This document shows, one piece after another, positions 9,903 through 18,540 of a DNA stretch of 64,000 bases. Below the pieces are notes generated by a model. It was not told the origin of the DNA. It saw only the letters and a program-made list of their open reading frames with translations, and did not search any database. Every line of letters begins with the position of its first letter. The stretch's first letter is position 1. The translations under genes and the position numbers were made by a program. Source of the DNA: Chryseobacterium sp. (GTDB lineage Bacteria; Bacteroidota; Bacteroidia; Flavobacteriales; Weeksellaceae); the NCBI GenBank assembly GCA_027492795.1, contig JAPUEB010000035.1:63221-127220 (forward strand). The letters run 5' to 3'.

Positions 9903-10745
9903 TTACTCGAAGTTCATTGTCAAAGGCAATCTGTATCTGGAACGTACGGGCTGTCCATCAATCTTTGCTGGTGTCCATTTGTTTTTTACAGATTTCACAG
10001 TTCTAATAGCCTCATCGTTGAAATCTCTGTTAGGTCCAGTAGCTTTCACATCAGTTATGGAGCCATCTCGCTCTACCACAAAAGATATTTCTGCTTTCAC
10101 TGTTCCTTCTCCTCCTTCCATTGCTGAACTGTCAAAATTTTCACGAATTTTCGTTCTAAAAGCATTAATACCACCTGGATATTCAGAGGATTGATCCACC
10201 TTATCATAAACCTGAGTGGTACTCACCTGCGGTTTTACTTCAACAGTTGATGTAGCCGTTCCTGTGGAAGGCGGCGGCGGCGGAGGTGTGTAACTTGGTG
10301 CCTTCACTCCTTCCTGATTCTGTAAACCTGTAGTAGTTTCCAACTGCTTTGTAATAGGCGGCGGTGGAGTTTCTACTTTTGGTGCTTTTTTAGGTTCAGG
10401 AACCACGTTTTGAATTACCTCAATCTTTTCTTCCTGTTTTGGCGGAGGTGGTGGCGGAGGTGGTTCTTCTTCTTTTGGTACTTCTAAAATTTTATCTTCC
10501 TGAAGAACATCAACAAGTTTTGCATCCACTTCCTGCTTGTTTTTTTCTGCCATTTGCTGAATTTTCATTACAACAAAAGGTGTAACTACTAATAATACAA
10601 AAAGCAAAGTGCCAAGAAGGAATGCCCTTGTTAATATTCTAGGATATTTTTTTCTTAAATCATAAGCACCATATTCCTTATTTCTATTCTCAAATACAAT
10701 CTCATCTAATGTTAGATTGTCATTGTATGCTGTATCATTTGCCAT
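9903..10745 (-). CDS. tonB: TonB family energy transducer
   Basis: N-terminal TM, proline-rich spacers (EEPPPPPPPPK, PPPPPPS), C-terminal TonB domain (..YPGGINAF...G.V.AEISFVVERDGSI..). Confidence 0.85.
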   Translation of the reverse strand: MANDTAYNDNLTLDEIVFENRNKEYGAYDLRKKYPRILTRAFLLGTLLFVLLVVTPFVVMKIQQMAEKNKQEVDAKLVDVLQEDKILEVPKEEEPPPPPPPPKQEEKIEVIQNVVPEPKKAPKVETPPPPITKQLETTTGLQNQEGVKAPSYTPPPPPPSTGTATSTVEVKPQVSTTQVYDKVDQSSEYPGGINAFRTKIRENFDSSAMEGGEGTVKAEISFVVERDGSITDVKATGPNRDFNDEAIRTVKSVKNKWTPAKIDGQPVRSRYRLPLTMNFE

Positions 10746-10773
10746 ATTCTATAAAAAATTTATGGTTTTACGA

Positions 10774-11343
10774 TTATTTTGTTGGTTCAGTTGCAGGTGC
10801 TGCTGCGCCTCCAACCCTCTTCTTGTAAACGGCAATTTCCCAAGGTTTCGGATCTGTAACACCGTACTGCTCACTTTTGGTAATTGCCATTTCATCAAGA
10901 ATATCAACAAAGTTTTTATATACTGCATCTTCGGTGGGCTTTATAATCACGGTAAATTTCGTAACGTCTGCCGCATTCGCTTTTGCTTGCTTTATCACAT
11001 TTCTTATTCCTTCTCTGTCGAACGTAGTTTCATTAAGGTTTGCATCCGTTAATGAAGTATTATCCTGTTGGTGCCAAAAGACTTTATTGTCTTTTCCCAG
11101 CAATATAGAGATAGAATTTGAAAGTTTAATTTCTGTATCCGGTTGTTTCTGGTTTTCCTTTGGTTTAGCTGGAAGACCTAAATCCATTACATTCGGTTTA
11201 GAGAAAGTGGTGGTGAACATAAAGAAGGTGATTAATAAAAACCCTAAATCCACCATCGGAGTCATATCTACTCGCGTGCTCAGTTTTTTCGAGCGAACCT
11301 TACCGCCTTTCGCGGCTTGTTCTTTTACTTGTACTTCTGCCAT
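10774..11343 (-). CDS. exbD: ExbD/TolR biopolymer transport protein
   Basis: Motif VDMTPMVDLGFLLITFFMFTT. Confidence 0.9.
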   Translation of the reverse strand: MAEVQVKEQAAKGGKVRSKKLSTRVDMTPMVDLGFLLITFFMFTTTFSKPNVMDLGLPAKPKENQKQPDTEIKLSNSISILLGKDNKVFWHQQDNTSLTDANLNETTFDREGIRNVIKQAKANAADVTKFTVIIKPTEDAVYKNFVDILDEMAITKSEQYGVTDPKPWEIAVYKKRVGGAAAPATEPTK

Positions 11344-11351
11344 TGTTTGAT

Positions 11352-11963
11352 TTATTCAGGTTTTACGCCTACTTCTTGTGATGTTATCAGCCAGAATTTA
11401 AGAAAATCTATATCTCTTAAACCTTCAAATAGGTTTTTAACTTTTGGGAACTTGGTGTTTACGTCTCCTTTGATTGCCAATTTGTAATCAGGATTTACCG
11501 CCAAACTTTGCTGTACCCAGTCTATTAACTCTTTTTTTGTACTGTCCATAGGGATTCCCGTAGGACTTTTATATGCTTTCCGCTCTTCATCGGGCAAATT
11601 AAGGAAACTTTTCATCTGCGACATCGGAACTCCCACTGCCTGAACTTTCGTAAAAGCTGTTTTTTCTTTGTCGTTAAAAGTCATTCCGTATTTCTGTGCC
11701 ATATTATCCAGCAACTGAAGTCTTTCTGTGCCGTTTTCTACTGGTTGAAAATAAAATTTACCGTCCGGAGTTGCATCAATGGTCATTAAACTCGCATCGG
11801 GCAACAATTTTTCCGAAATTGAAGATGGCGGCTTAATTGCTTCCACATCCGGCTTCTTGAACTGCGTCGTCAAGATAAAGAATGTAAGCAATAACCAGGC
11901 TACGTCACACATCGCAGTCATATCTACAACTACGGGGTGTCTTTTTGGTTTTACTCTCGCCAT
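11352..11963 (-). CDS. exbD: ExbD/TolR biopolymer transport protein (second copy)
   Basis: Motif VVDMTAMCDVAWLLLTFFILTTQF. Adjacent to exbB. Confidence 0.9.
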   Translation of the reverse strand: MARVKPKRHPVVVDMTAMCDVAWLLLTFFILTTQFKKPDVEAIKPPSSISEKLLPDASLMTIDATPDGKFYFQPVENGTERLQLLDNMAQKYGMTFNDKEKTAFTKVQAVGVPMSQMKSFLNLPDEERKAYKSPTGIPMDSTKKELIDWVQQSLAVNPDYKLAIKGDVNTKFPKVKNLFEGLRDIDFLKFWLITSQEVGVKPE

Positions 11964-12024
11964 TTTTTAATAATAATTTTTATTGAACTTCTTTTATTTT
12001 AAAATATACAAAACTCCTGCCGAA

Positions 12025-12891
12025 TTATTTATTAAATTCTGCAAAAGATTGTTGGATAGACATTGCAATCTCGTCGATTTTGTAAGTCAATCCGTCTATT
12101 TTAGATGTAAAGAAGTTATAAAGGATAATTGCGATAGCGGAAGTTCCAATACCTAAAGCAGTATTGATAAGTGCCTCTGCAATACCTACAGAAAGTGCAG
12201 CAGAATCTGGAGTTCCACCACCTGCTCCAAGAGCGAAGAACGCACGAATCATCCCTAATACCGTTCCAAGAAGTGCAACAAGCGTCGCAACAGTTCCTAA
12301 AGTAGAAAGAATCATCATATTTTTCTCCAACATTGGCATTTCAAGGGTTGTTGCTTCTTCGATAGACTTATTTAAAGCTGCCATTTTCTGTTCTTTATCC
12401 ATAGAGTGGTCGTTAGAAAGAACTTTGTAGGTTGTAAGACCTTCTCTTACTACGTTTCCTACAGTTCCTCTTTGTCTGTCGCACTCTTCGATAGCCTCGT
12501 CGATTCTGTTTTGGTTTAGTAAGCTTCTTACTTTTACAACAAAATGATCAAGATTTCCGTTTCCTTTTGCTTTGTTAAGAACCAAGAAACGCTCAATAGA
12601 GAACACAATTACGGTAATCATAAAAGTAATAAGGATTGGTACGATGAAACCTCCCATGTAAATCATCCCCATTGCTGATTCTGGGTGCAAATCTTTAGCT
12701 GCAATATCTGTAAACGCTACAGACGATACTCCGCTGATTCTCGGGTCTGCCTTGAAGTTCCCGGGATTGCCGAAAACAAACACATAAATTAATACACCAA
12801 TCAACAAAAGAATTGGTAAAATGATTGCAGGATTAAGCCCTCCTGTCTTTTTAGCAACTACTTGCTCCTCGTTTGAAACATTCATTTCCAT
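12025..12891 (-). CDS. exbB: MotA/TolQ/ExbB proton channel protein
   Basis: 288 aa. Three TM segments. Conserved C-terminal ..LGTVLGMIRAF....AL..TALGI. Confidence 0.9.
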   Translation of the reverse strand: MEMNVSNEEQVVAKKTGGLNPAIILPILLLIGVLIYVFVFGNPGNFKADPRISGVSSVAFTDIAAKDLHPESAMGMIYMGGFIVPILITFMITVIVFSIERFLVLNKAKGNGNLDHFVVKVRSLLNQNRIDEAIEECDRQRGTVGNVVREGLTTYKVLSNDHSMDKEQKMAALNKSIEEATTLEMPMLEKNMMILSTLGTVATLVALLGTVLGMIRAFFALGAGGGTPDSAALSVGIAEALINTALGIGTSAIAIILYNFFTSKIDGLTYKIDEIAMSIQQSFAEFNK

Positions 12892-13149
12892 ATTAAACTA
12901 AATTATAATTGTTATTTTTTTAAGTTTTCGAGCCGTAAAATAAAGGGAAATATTTCGATAATGCAAGTATTTGCACCAATCGACACCATATTTTTTTCAA
13001 TGTTACGAAAGATTAATATTACAGATTTTTTAAATATTTTTTGATATTTTGTCTAATTTTTGTGCTTTTAGAAAATAACTTGAGTATTCAGAAAAATTGA
13101 AACTAATTTTTACCGATTTGTCAATTTATTTTCAACTGAAAAAATTGAA

Positions 13150-16100
13150 TCAGGAAACAATATTAATGATTTTTTTCGGAACAATAATTACTTTTTTCGG
13201 TGAATTTCCAGCCAGTTGATTCTTTACCCTTTCATCACTCATCGCTGCCTCTTCTATTTGTTTGGCATCAAAATCTGCCGGAAGCGCCAATTTGAAACGC
13301 ATTTTTCCATTGAAACTTACCGGATATTCTATTTCATCTTCCTCCAAATAAGATTCATTTAAGATTGGGAAAGGCTCAAATTCAACACTTGTTTCATGGC
13401 CAAGCAAACTCCACAATTCCTCGCAAATGTGTGGTGCGTAAGGAGAAATGATGATTGCTAAAGGTTCTAAAATTTTTCTTTTGTTGCATTTTAGCTTTTG
13501 AAGTTCGTTTACGGCAATCATAAATTGCGAAACGGAAGTGTTAAAAGAAAAATGTTCTATATCAAAAGTAAATTTCTTGATTAAAGTATGTAGAATTTTG
13601 TACTCCTCTTTCGTTGGTTCCTCATCTGAAACTGAAAACGTATCACCATCGAAATACAGGTTATAGAATTTCTTCAAAAATCCGTAAACTCCGCTTAAAC
13701 CTTGCGTGTTCCAAGGTTTTGACTGTTCCAAAGGTCCCAGAAACATTTCATATAAACGCAGACAATCTGCACCGTATTCTTCGCAGATATCGTCGGGATT
13801 GACGACGTTGTATTTGGATTTGGACATTTTTTCGACTTCTCTTTCAGTAATGTATTTTCCCTCTTCCAAAATAAATTCTGCATCTGCGAATTCCTTTCTC
13901 CAATTTTTGAATTTCTCAATATCCAATTCATCGGAAGTTCCTTTTAATAAAGAAACATCTACGTGAATTTTTTGGAAAGAATAAGTACCGGGAAATAATT
14001 CTTTATTAAAATGACTAATATTGTCTTTAAATAATATTTTTTCAATCTCACCCCATATTTCACGATCGTATTTCCCTAATACTTCATTTTGTTTTAAATT
14101 AAATTCTAATGTTTCCTGAGATAGCTCTTTACCCTTAATTATTGGTCTTACTGATTTAAAATATTTAATTAATCTAGGATCAACATATTTATTTAACACA
14201 ATATGCTCTAAAGCTCCAAAGTCATTTTCCTTTGACGGAATTCTGTAATTAACCACTAAACGATAAACAAACGCACTCATTCCCAAAATCATTCCCTGAT
14301 TAATCAATTTTTTGAAAGGCTCTTCCTGATGGATGTAACCTCTGTCCTTCAAAAACATATTCCAAAAACGGGAATACAGCAAATGTCCTGTTGCGTGTTC
14401 GCTTCCGCCAATATACAAATCAACCTGTCCCCAATAATCTGTTAAATTTTTATCCGCAAAATTTTCAGAATTTTTCGGATCCATATATCTTAAAAAATAC
14501 CACGAACTTCCAGCCCAACCCGGCATTGTGGAAAGTTCAATGGGAAATATCCTCTCCCCAACCCTCTCCAAAGGAGAGGGGGGCGGAACTACCTTTTCAG
14601 AAAGCTCGTCCCAATACCACGCTTTAGCGTTTCCAAGTGGCGGATCGCCGTCTTCGGTTGGCAAATATTTTTCAACTTCTGGAAGTTCCAAAGGAAGCGC
14701 AGAAACTGGCAAAGTGTAAGGCATTTCATCTTTATAATAGACAGGTACTGGTTCTCCCCAATATCTTTGGCGTGAAAAAATAGCATCGCGCTGACGGTAA
14801 TTCGTTGTTCCGTGACCAATTCCGCGGTTTTCTATTTCGTCAATGATTTTCGTTTTGGCGGTTTCATAATCCAATCCATCCAAAAATTCTGAATTTACAC
14901 AGACAGAATCTTTGGAATCGTACGATTCTTCCTGAATATCATTATCATTTTTAATGACATTTACGATGTCCAAGCCGAATTTTTTCGCAAATCTGTGGTC
15001 GCGTTCGTCGTGTGCAGGAACTGCCATTACAGCACCAGTTCCGTAACCCATCAAAACATAATCGGAAATATAAATTGGAATTTCTTTTTCTGTAAAAGGA
15101 TTGATTGCATAACTTCCCGTGAATGCTCCGGAAACGGTTTTCACATCCGACATTCTGTCGCGCTCGGTTTTTTTGGAAGTTTCTTCTACATATTTTTCAA
15201 CTTCCGCTTTTTGTGAATCGGTTGTTATTTTTTCAACCAAAGGATTTTCTGGTGCCAAAACCATAAATGTTGCGCCGAAAATAGTGTCGGGACGAGTTGT
15301 GAAAACGGTGATCACATTCCCCCTTTCCCCCAAAGGGGAGAGCTGTGGCAAATTATTCTGGTTGTATTGTGGTTGATTCTCTGGGTGGATTGTGGATATT
15401 TCTTGGACTTCTGATTTTTTTTCTACAAAATCTGGTCTTGATTCTAACTTTACTACAATTTTTTCGATAACATTTTCATTATCACCGATTACTTCCTCAT
15501 TTCTGAATCTAACTACTTCAAAGCCTTCAGATTCCAAAATTTTCGTTCTTTCTTCATCTGAAATTTGTTGCTCCTCCTCATCGTGGTAACCGCCATCAAC
15601 TTCAATAATTAATCTTTTTGATAAACACACAAAATCAACAATAAAATTGTCAATTAGGTGTTGTCTCCTGAATTTATAATCTAATTTTTTAGATTTTAAT
15701 TGCTCCCAAAGAATACTTTCTGCCACAGTTGGATTATCTCTATTTTCCTGTGCTTTTTTAATTAATAGTGCAGAATTATTTCCTCCTGTTAAATATCCAA
15801 ATTTTTGAGCATCACTTTTTAAATCAGCATTTTTTAAAGACTCATTATTAGATTCATTTTTTAGAGACTCAATATTAGATTCATTTTGTAGAAATTCATT
15901 ATTAGAGACATTCTCCCCTTTGGGGGAAAGGGGGAATTTAACCTGCGCTCCCATCGATTTCCCAATCCAATATTCCTGCGAATCTTTCAACGGTTGTGGC
16001 CAATCGATTTTTTGTAAACCTTGCAATAGTCTTTCAGAATAGGCGGTAATTCTCATACTCCATTGCATCATTTTTTTCTGAAAAACTGGGAAGCCGCCAC

Positions 16101-16800
16101 GTTCAGATTTTCCGTCTTTTACCTCATCATTTGCGAGAACTGTTCCTAATGCAGGACACCAATTCACAGTTGTTTCTGCTCGGAAAGCCAATCTGTAATT
16201 CAATAAAGTATCTTGTTTATCGAGTTCTGAAGCGTTGTTCCATTCTTCTGCCGTGAAATTTAATTTTTCGGTTTCTGCAGCGTGAAGATTTTCCGTTCCG
16301 TGTTCTTCAAAATATTTGATTAAAGTAGAAATCGGTTCTGCTTTATCCGTCGTTTTATTGTACCACGAATGAAATAATTCAATAAAAATCCATTGCGTCC
16401 ATTTGTAATACGATGCATCGGAAGTTCTTACTTCGCGATTCCAATCGAATGAAAAACCGATTTTTCTTAATTGTTCTTCGTATCTGGTAATATTTTGTTC
16501 GGTGGTAATTGCAGGATGTTGACCGGTTTGAATGGCGTATTGTTCCGCAGGAAGTCCGAAAGAATCGTAACCAATCGGATGCAAAACATTAAATCCTTGA
16601 TGCCGCTTAAATCTCGCATAAATATCGCTCGCAATATAACCAAGCGGATGACCAACATGAAGCCCCGCTCCTGAAGGATACGGAAACATATCCAAAACGT
16701 AGAATTTTGGTTTATCTGTTGCGTCAGAAGTTTTATAAGTTTGGTTGTCTTCCCAATATTTCTGCCACTTTTTTTCTATCTGCTGATGATTGTAGAACAT
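13150..16800 (-). CDS. leuS: Leucine--tRNA ligase, about 300 aa longer than usual because of in-frame insertions
   Basis: HIGH-type motif (GLHVGHPLGY), TTRPDT editing-domain motif, KMSKS, and a full-length continuous ORF of 1216 aa. Confidence 0.9.
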   Translation of the reverse strand: MFYNHQQIEKKWQKYWEDNQTYKTSDATDKPKFYVLDMFPYPSGAGLHVGHPLGYIASDIYARFKRHQGFNVLHPIGYDSFGLPAEQYAIQTGQHPAITTEQNITRYEEQLRKIGFSFDWNREVRTSDASYYKWTQWIFIELFHSWYNKTTDKAEPISTLIKYFEEHGTENLHAAETEKLNFTAEEWNNASELDKQDTLLNYRLAFRAETTVNWCPALGTVLANDEVKDGKSERGGFPVFQKKMMQWSMRITAYSERLLQGLQKIDWPQPLKDSQEYWIGKSMGAQVKFPLSPKGENVSNNEFLQNESNIESLKNESNNESLKNADLKSDAQKFGYLTGGNNSALLIKKAQENRDNPTVAESILWEQLKSKKLDYKFRRQHLIDNFIVDFVCLSKRLIIEVDGGYHDEEEQQISDEERTKILESEGFEVVRFRNEEVIGDNENVIEKIVVKLESRPDFVEKKSEVQEISTIHPENQPQYNQNNLPQLSPLGERGNVITVFTTRPDTIFGATFMVLAPENPLVEKITTDSQKAEVEKYVEETSKKTERDRMSDVKTVSGAFTGSYAINPFTEKEIPIYISDYVLMGYGTGAVMAVPAHDERDHRFAKKFGLDIVNVIKNDNDIQEESYDSKDSVCVNSEFLDGLDYETAKTKIIDEIENRGIGHGTTNYRQRDAIFSRQRYWGEPVPVYYKDEMPYTLPVSALPLELPEVEKYLPTEDGDPPLGNAKAWYWDELSEKVVPPPSPLERVGERIFPIELSTMPGWAGSSWYFLRYMDPKNSENFADKNLTDYWGQVDLYIGGSEHATGHLLYSRFWNMFLKDRGYIHQEEPFKKLINQGMILGMSAFVYRLVVNYRIPSKENDFGALEHIVLNKYVDPRLIKYFKSVRPIIKGKELSQETLEFNLKQNEVLGKYDREIWGEIEKILFKDNISHFNKELFPGTYSFQKIHVDVSLLKGTSDELDIEKFKNWRKEFADAEFILEEGKYITEREVEKMSKSKYNVVNPDDICEEYGADCLRLYEMFLGPLEQSKPWNTQGLSGVYGFLKKFYNLYFDGDTFSVSDEEPTKEEYKILHTLIKKFTFDIEHFSFNTSVSQFMIAVNELQKLKCNKRKILEPLAIIISPYAPHICEELWSLLGHETSVEFEPFPILNESYLEEDEIEYPVSFNGKMRFKLALPADFDAKQIEEAAMSDERVKNQLAGNSPKKVIIVPKKIINIVS
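14549..14583. repeat. Short palindromic element (CCTCTCC-n-CCCTCTCC-aaa-GGAGAGGG) inside the leuS coding frame
   Basis: atcctctccccaaccctctccaaaggagaggg. The same 32 nt with 1 mismatch occurs intergenically at 47769-47800. Confidence 0.8.
15316..15937 (-). mobile_element. TIR-bounded cassette carrying a DUF559 (Vsr-like PD-(D/E)XK) endonuclease domain, in frame within leuS
   Basis: Perfect 26-bp inverted repeats: attccccctttcccccaaaggggaga at 15316-15341 and its exact reverse complement at 15912-15937. The interior encodes ESILWEQLKSKKLDYKFRRQHLIDNFIVDFVCLSKRLIIEVDGGYHD...GFEVVRFRNEEV (about 15455-15725). Confidence 0.8.
15830..15910. repeat. 3 x 27-bp tandem repeat inside the leuS cassette
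   Basis: Units at 15830-15856, 15857-15883 and 15884-15910. They encode (E[SF]L[KQ]NESN[NI]) x3. Confidence 0.8.
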
Positions 16801-16852
16801 TCTTTCTTGAATTAATAATTAAAAATTAATAATGAATAATTTTTTGGAAACA

Positions 16853-16860
16853 CAAATTTA
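16853..16860 (-). promoter_or_regulatory. -7 promoter box (TAaaTTTG on minus strand) upstream of leuS
   Basis: Plus-strand caaattta, 53 nt upstream of the leuS ATG. Confidence 0.35.
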
Positions 16861-16921
16861 AGGTTTTGAAATGAAAAATCCCCACCTGAAGAAGATGAGG
16901 ATTTTTTAGCTAAGCTTTTAT

Positions 16922-18538
16922 TTAATGTTCTACCAATAATTTTTTTGAAAATTCTTCGGTATCGGTTTTTATTTTAAGTAGATAAACACCGTTCAGGAGG
17001 CTTTCCGTATTCAACTCCAATTCTTTTGAAAATCCGGTTTTCTGTATTTTTTTAATCATTCTTCCAGAAGTATCATAAAGATGAACCTGGACATTTTGAT
17101 AATTTTTTGTTCCAAAATTAATCTTTACAAATATGTTTGCAGGATTGGGATAAACTCGTATTTCATCCTTCACATTCACATTGGATGTTGCCAAAGCCGA
17201 ACAAACCACAGCTGCTGTTTTGTTTGGAGATACGATATCGACCTTCTGACCAGGAAGAACAAAATTCTGCAATTCGGTTTCCGCAATAAGGGCAGAATCT
17301 GCACCCAACCAATCTTGAAGCAAAGACGCAAAAATCTGCCTGTAATCGTATTTTCTTTGACTTTGATTGTAATAAAAGCTTGTGGAATTGCTGAAAACAG
17401 GATGGTCTCCCAAAATTCCCGCTGCAATACTGTTTCCAACTACAAAAAACGGTGCAATATCCCCATGATCTGTTCCAAAATTAGCATTCTCACGAACCTG
17501 TCGACCAAACTCACTGAAAGTAACGGTAAGAATTTTGTCGCCAATTCCCAAGAGTTCAATATCCGACTGAAAAGCCGCAATTGAATTTGAAATATCTGCC
17601 AAAAGATTAGCGTGAGTTCCTAAATAGGCACTTCCGGATTGCACTTGGTTCACATGCGTATCGAAACCGCCAATGTTTACTTGAAAAATCTTGGTTTTAC
17701 TGCCGCCTTTTATCATTCTGGCAACAGTTTTTAGCTGTTTTCCAAGAATTGTATTAGGATAACTGGAAGTTGAATTTACTCCAGCTGCAAAAACTTGCAT
17801 TACTCTATTGTAATAAGCATCCATGCTGGTTGCAACGCCTTTTATGTACGTTAGCAAATCATCATATTCCGAAGGAACAATAACCTGAAGCTGCGAAAAC
17901 ATTGTACTTTGGAAACCAGTAAGATTGTATTCAATATTTTTTTCCATGGTATGTTCATAGAAAAGACAAGGATTCAGGTTTCCGAGCTGTATTGCAAGAG
18001 GATCTGGGTTCAATGTAGTTGGATTTCCTGATAAACCAGGGAATAGCGCTCCCAAATATCTTCCGAAAATTCCATCGGGCAAATCTTGGCTATTCGTACC
18101 GTCCTTTCCTGAAAACATTAAATTTTCTGAACGAAAATGGGAATAATTTGGATTGGGATAACCTACTCCATTCAGCAAAGTAAGCTTACCAGAATCGTAT
18201 AAGGATTTAAAACCCGTCATCACAGGATGCAGCCCAACTTGTTTCGTAGCTGAAACCGTAGTATCCAGAGGAATATAACTATTGGCTCCCGAATTGGATA
18301 TTTTTATATTGGGCCGAAGATTAGCGTAGGTATCATATTGATTAACAGGAATTACCGTATTCAAACCATCATTCGCTCCAGCAAGCCTTAAAATCACTAA
18401 AACCCTGTCATTTACGGCATCACAGTTGGTCTGCATATCCAGAAAACTGTTCATAAATCTTGTTGGCATTCCGTTCAGAACAAATGGTGCTCCTACTCCT
18501 GCCATAGATACCAATTTTAAAAATTCTTTTCTTTTCAT
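16922..18538 (-). CDS. DUF1501 (sulfatase-fold) protein with C-terminal T9SS sorting domain
   Basis: 538 aa. Tat-like N-terminus (KRKEFLKLVSMAGVGA), GGFDTH.. core, C-terminal IRVYPNPA...GVYLLKIKT Por secretion tail. Confidence 0.8.
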   Translation of the reverse strand: MKRKEFLKLVSMAGVGAPFVLNGMPTRFMNSFLDMQTNCDAVNDRVLVILRLAGANDGLNTVIPVNQYDTYANLRPNIKISNSGANSYIPLDTTVSATKQVGLHPVMTGFKSLYDSGKLTLLNGVGYPNPNYSHFRSENLMFSGKDGTNSQDLPDGIFGRYLGALFPGLSGNPTTLNPDPLAIQLGNLNPCLFYEHTMEKNIEYNLTGFQSTMFSQLQVIVPSEYDDLLTYIKGVATSMDAYYNRVMQVFAAGVNSTSSYPNTILGKQLKTVARMIKGGSKTKIFQVNIGGFDTHVNQVQSGSAYLGTHANLLADISNSIAAFQSDIELLGIGDKILTVTFSEFGRQVRENANFGTDHGDIAPFFVVGNSIAAGILGDHPVFSNSTSFYYNQSQRKYDYRQIFASLLQDWLGADSALIAETELQNFVLPGQKVDIVSPNKTAAVVCSALATSNVNVKDEIRVYPNPANIFVKINFGTKNYQNVQVHLYDTSGRMIKKIQKTGFSKELELNTESLLNGVYLLKIKTDTEEFSKKLLVEH

Positions 18539-18540
18539 GG

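Noticed and set aside
15316-15937. Intein or group I intron explanation for the leuS insertion
   Set aside because: No intein junction residues are present: no Cys/Ser/Thr at the first insert residue or at the +1 extein position, and no C-terminal His-Asn. No Hint-domain blocks are visible. An intron would not need to keep 207 codons open in the host frame. The perfect TIRs point to a DNA element instead.
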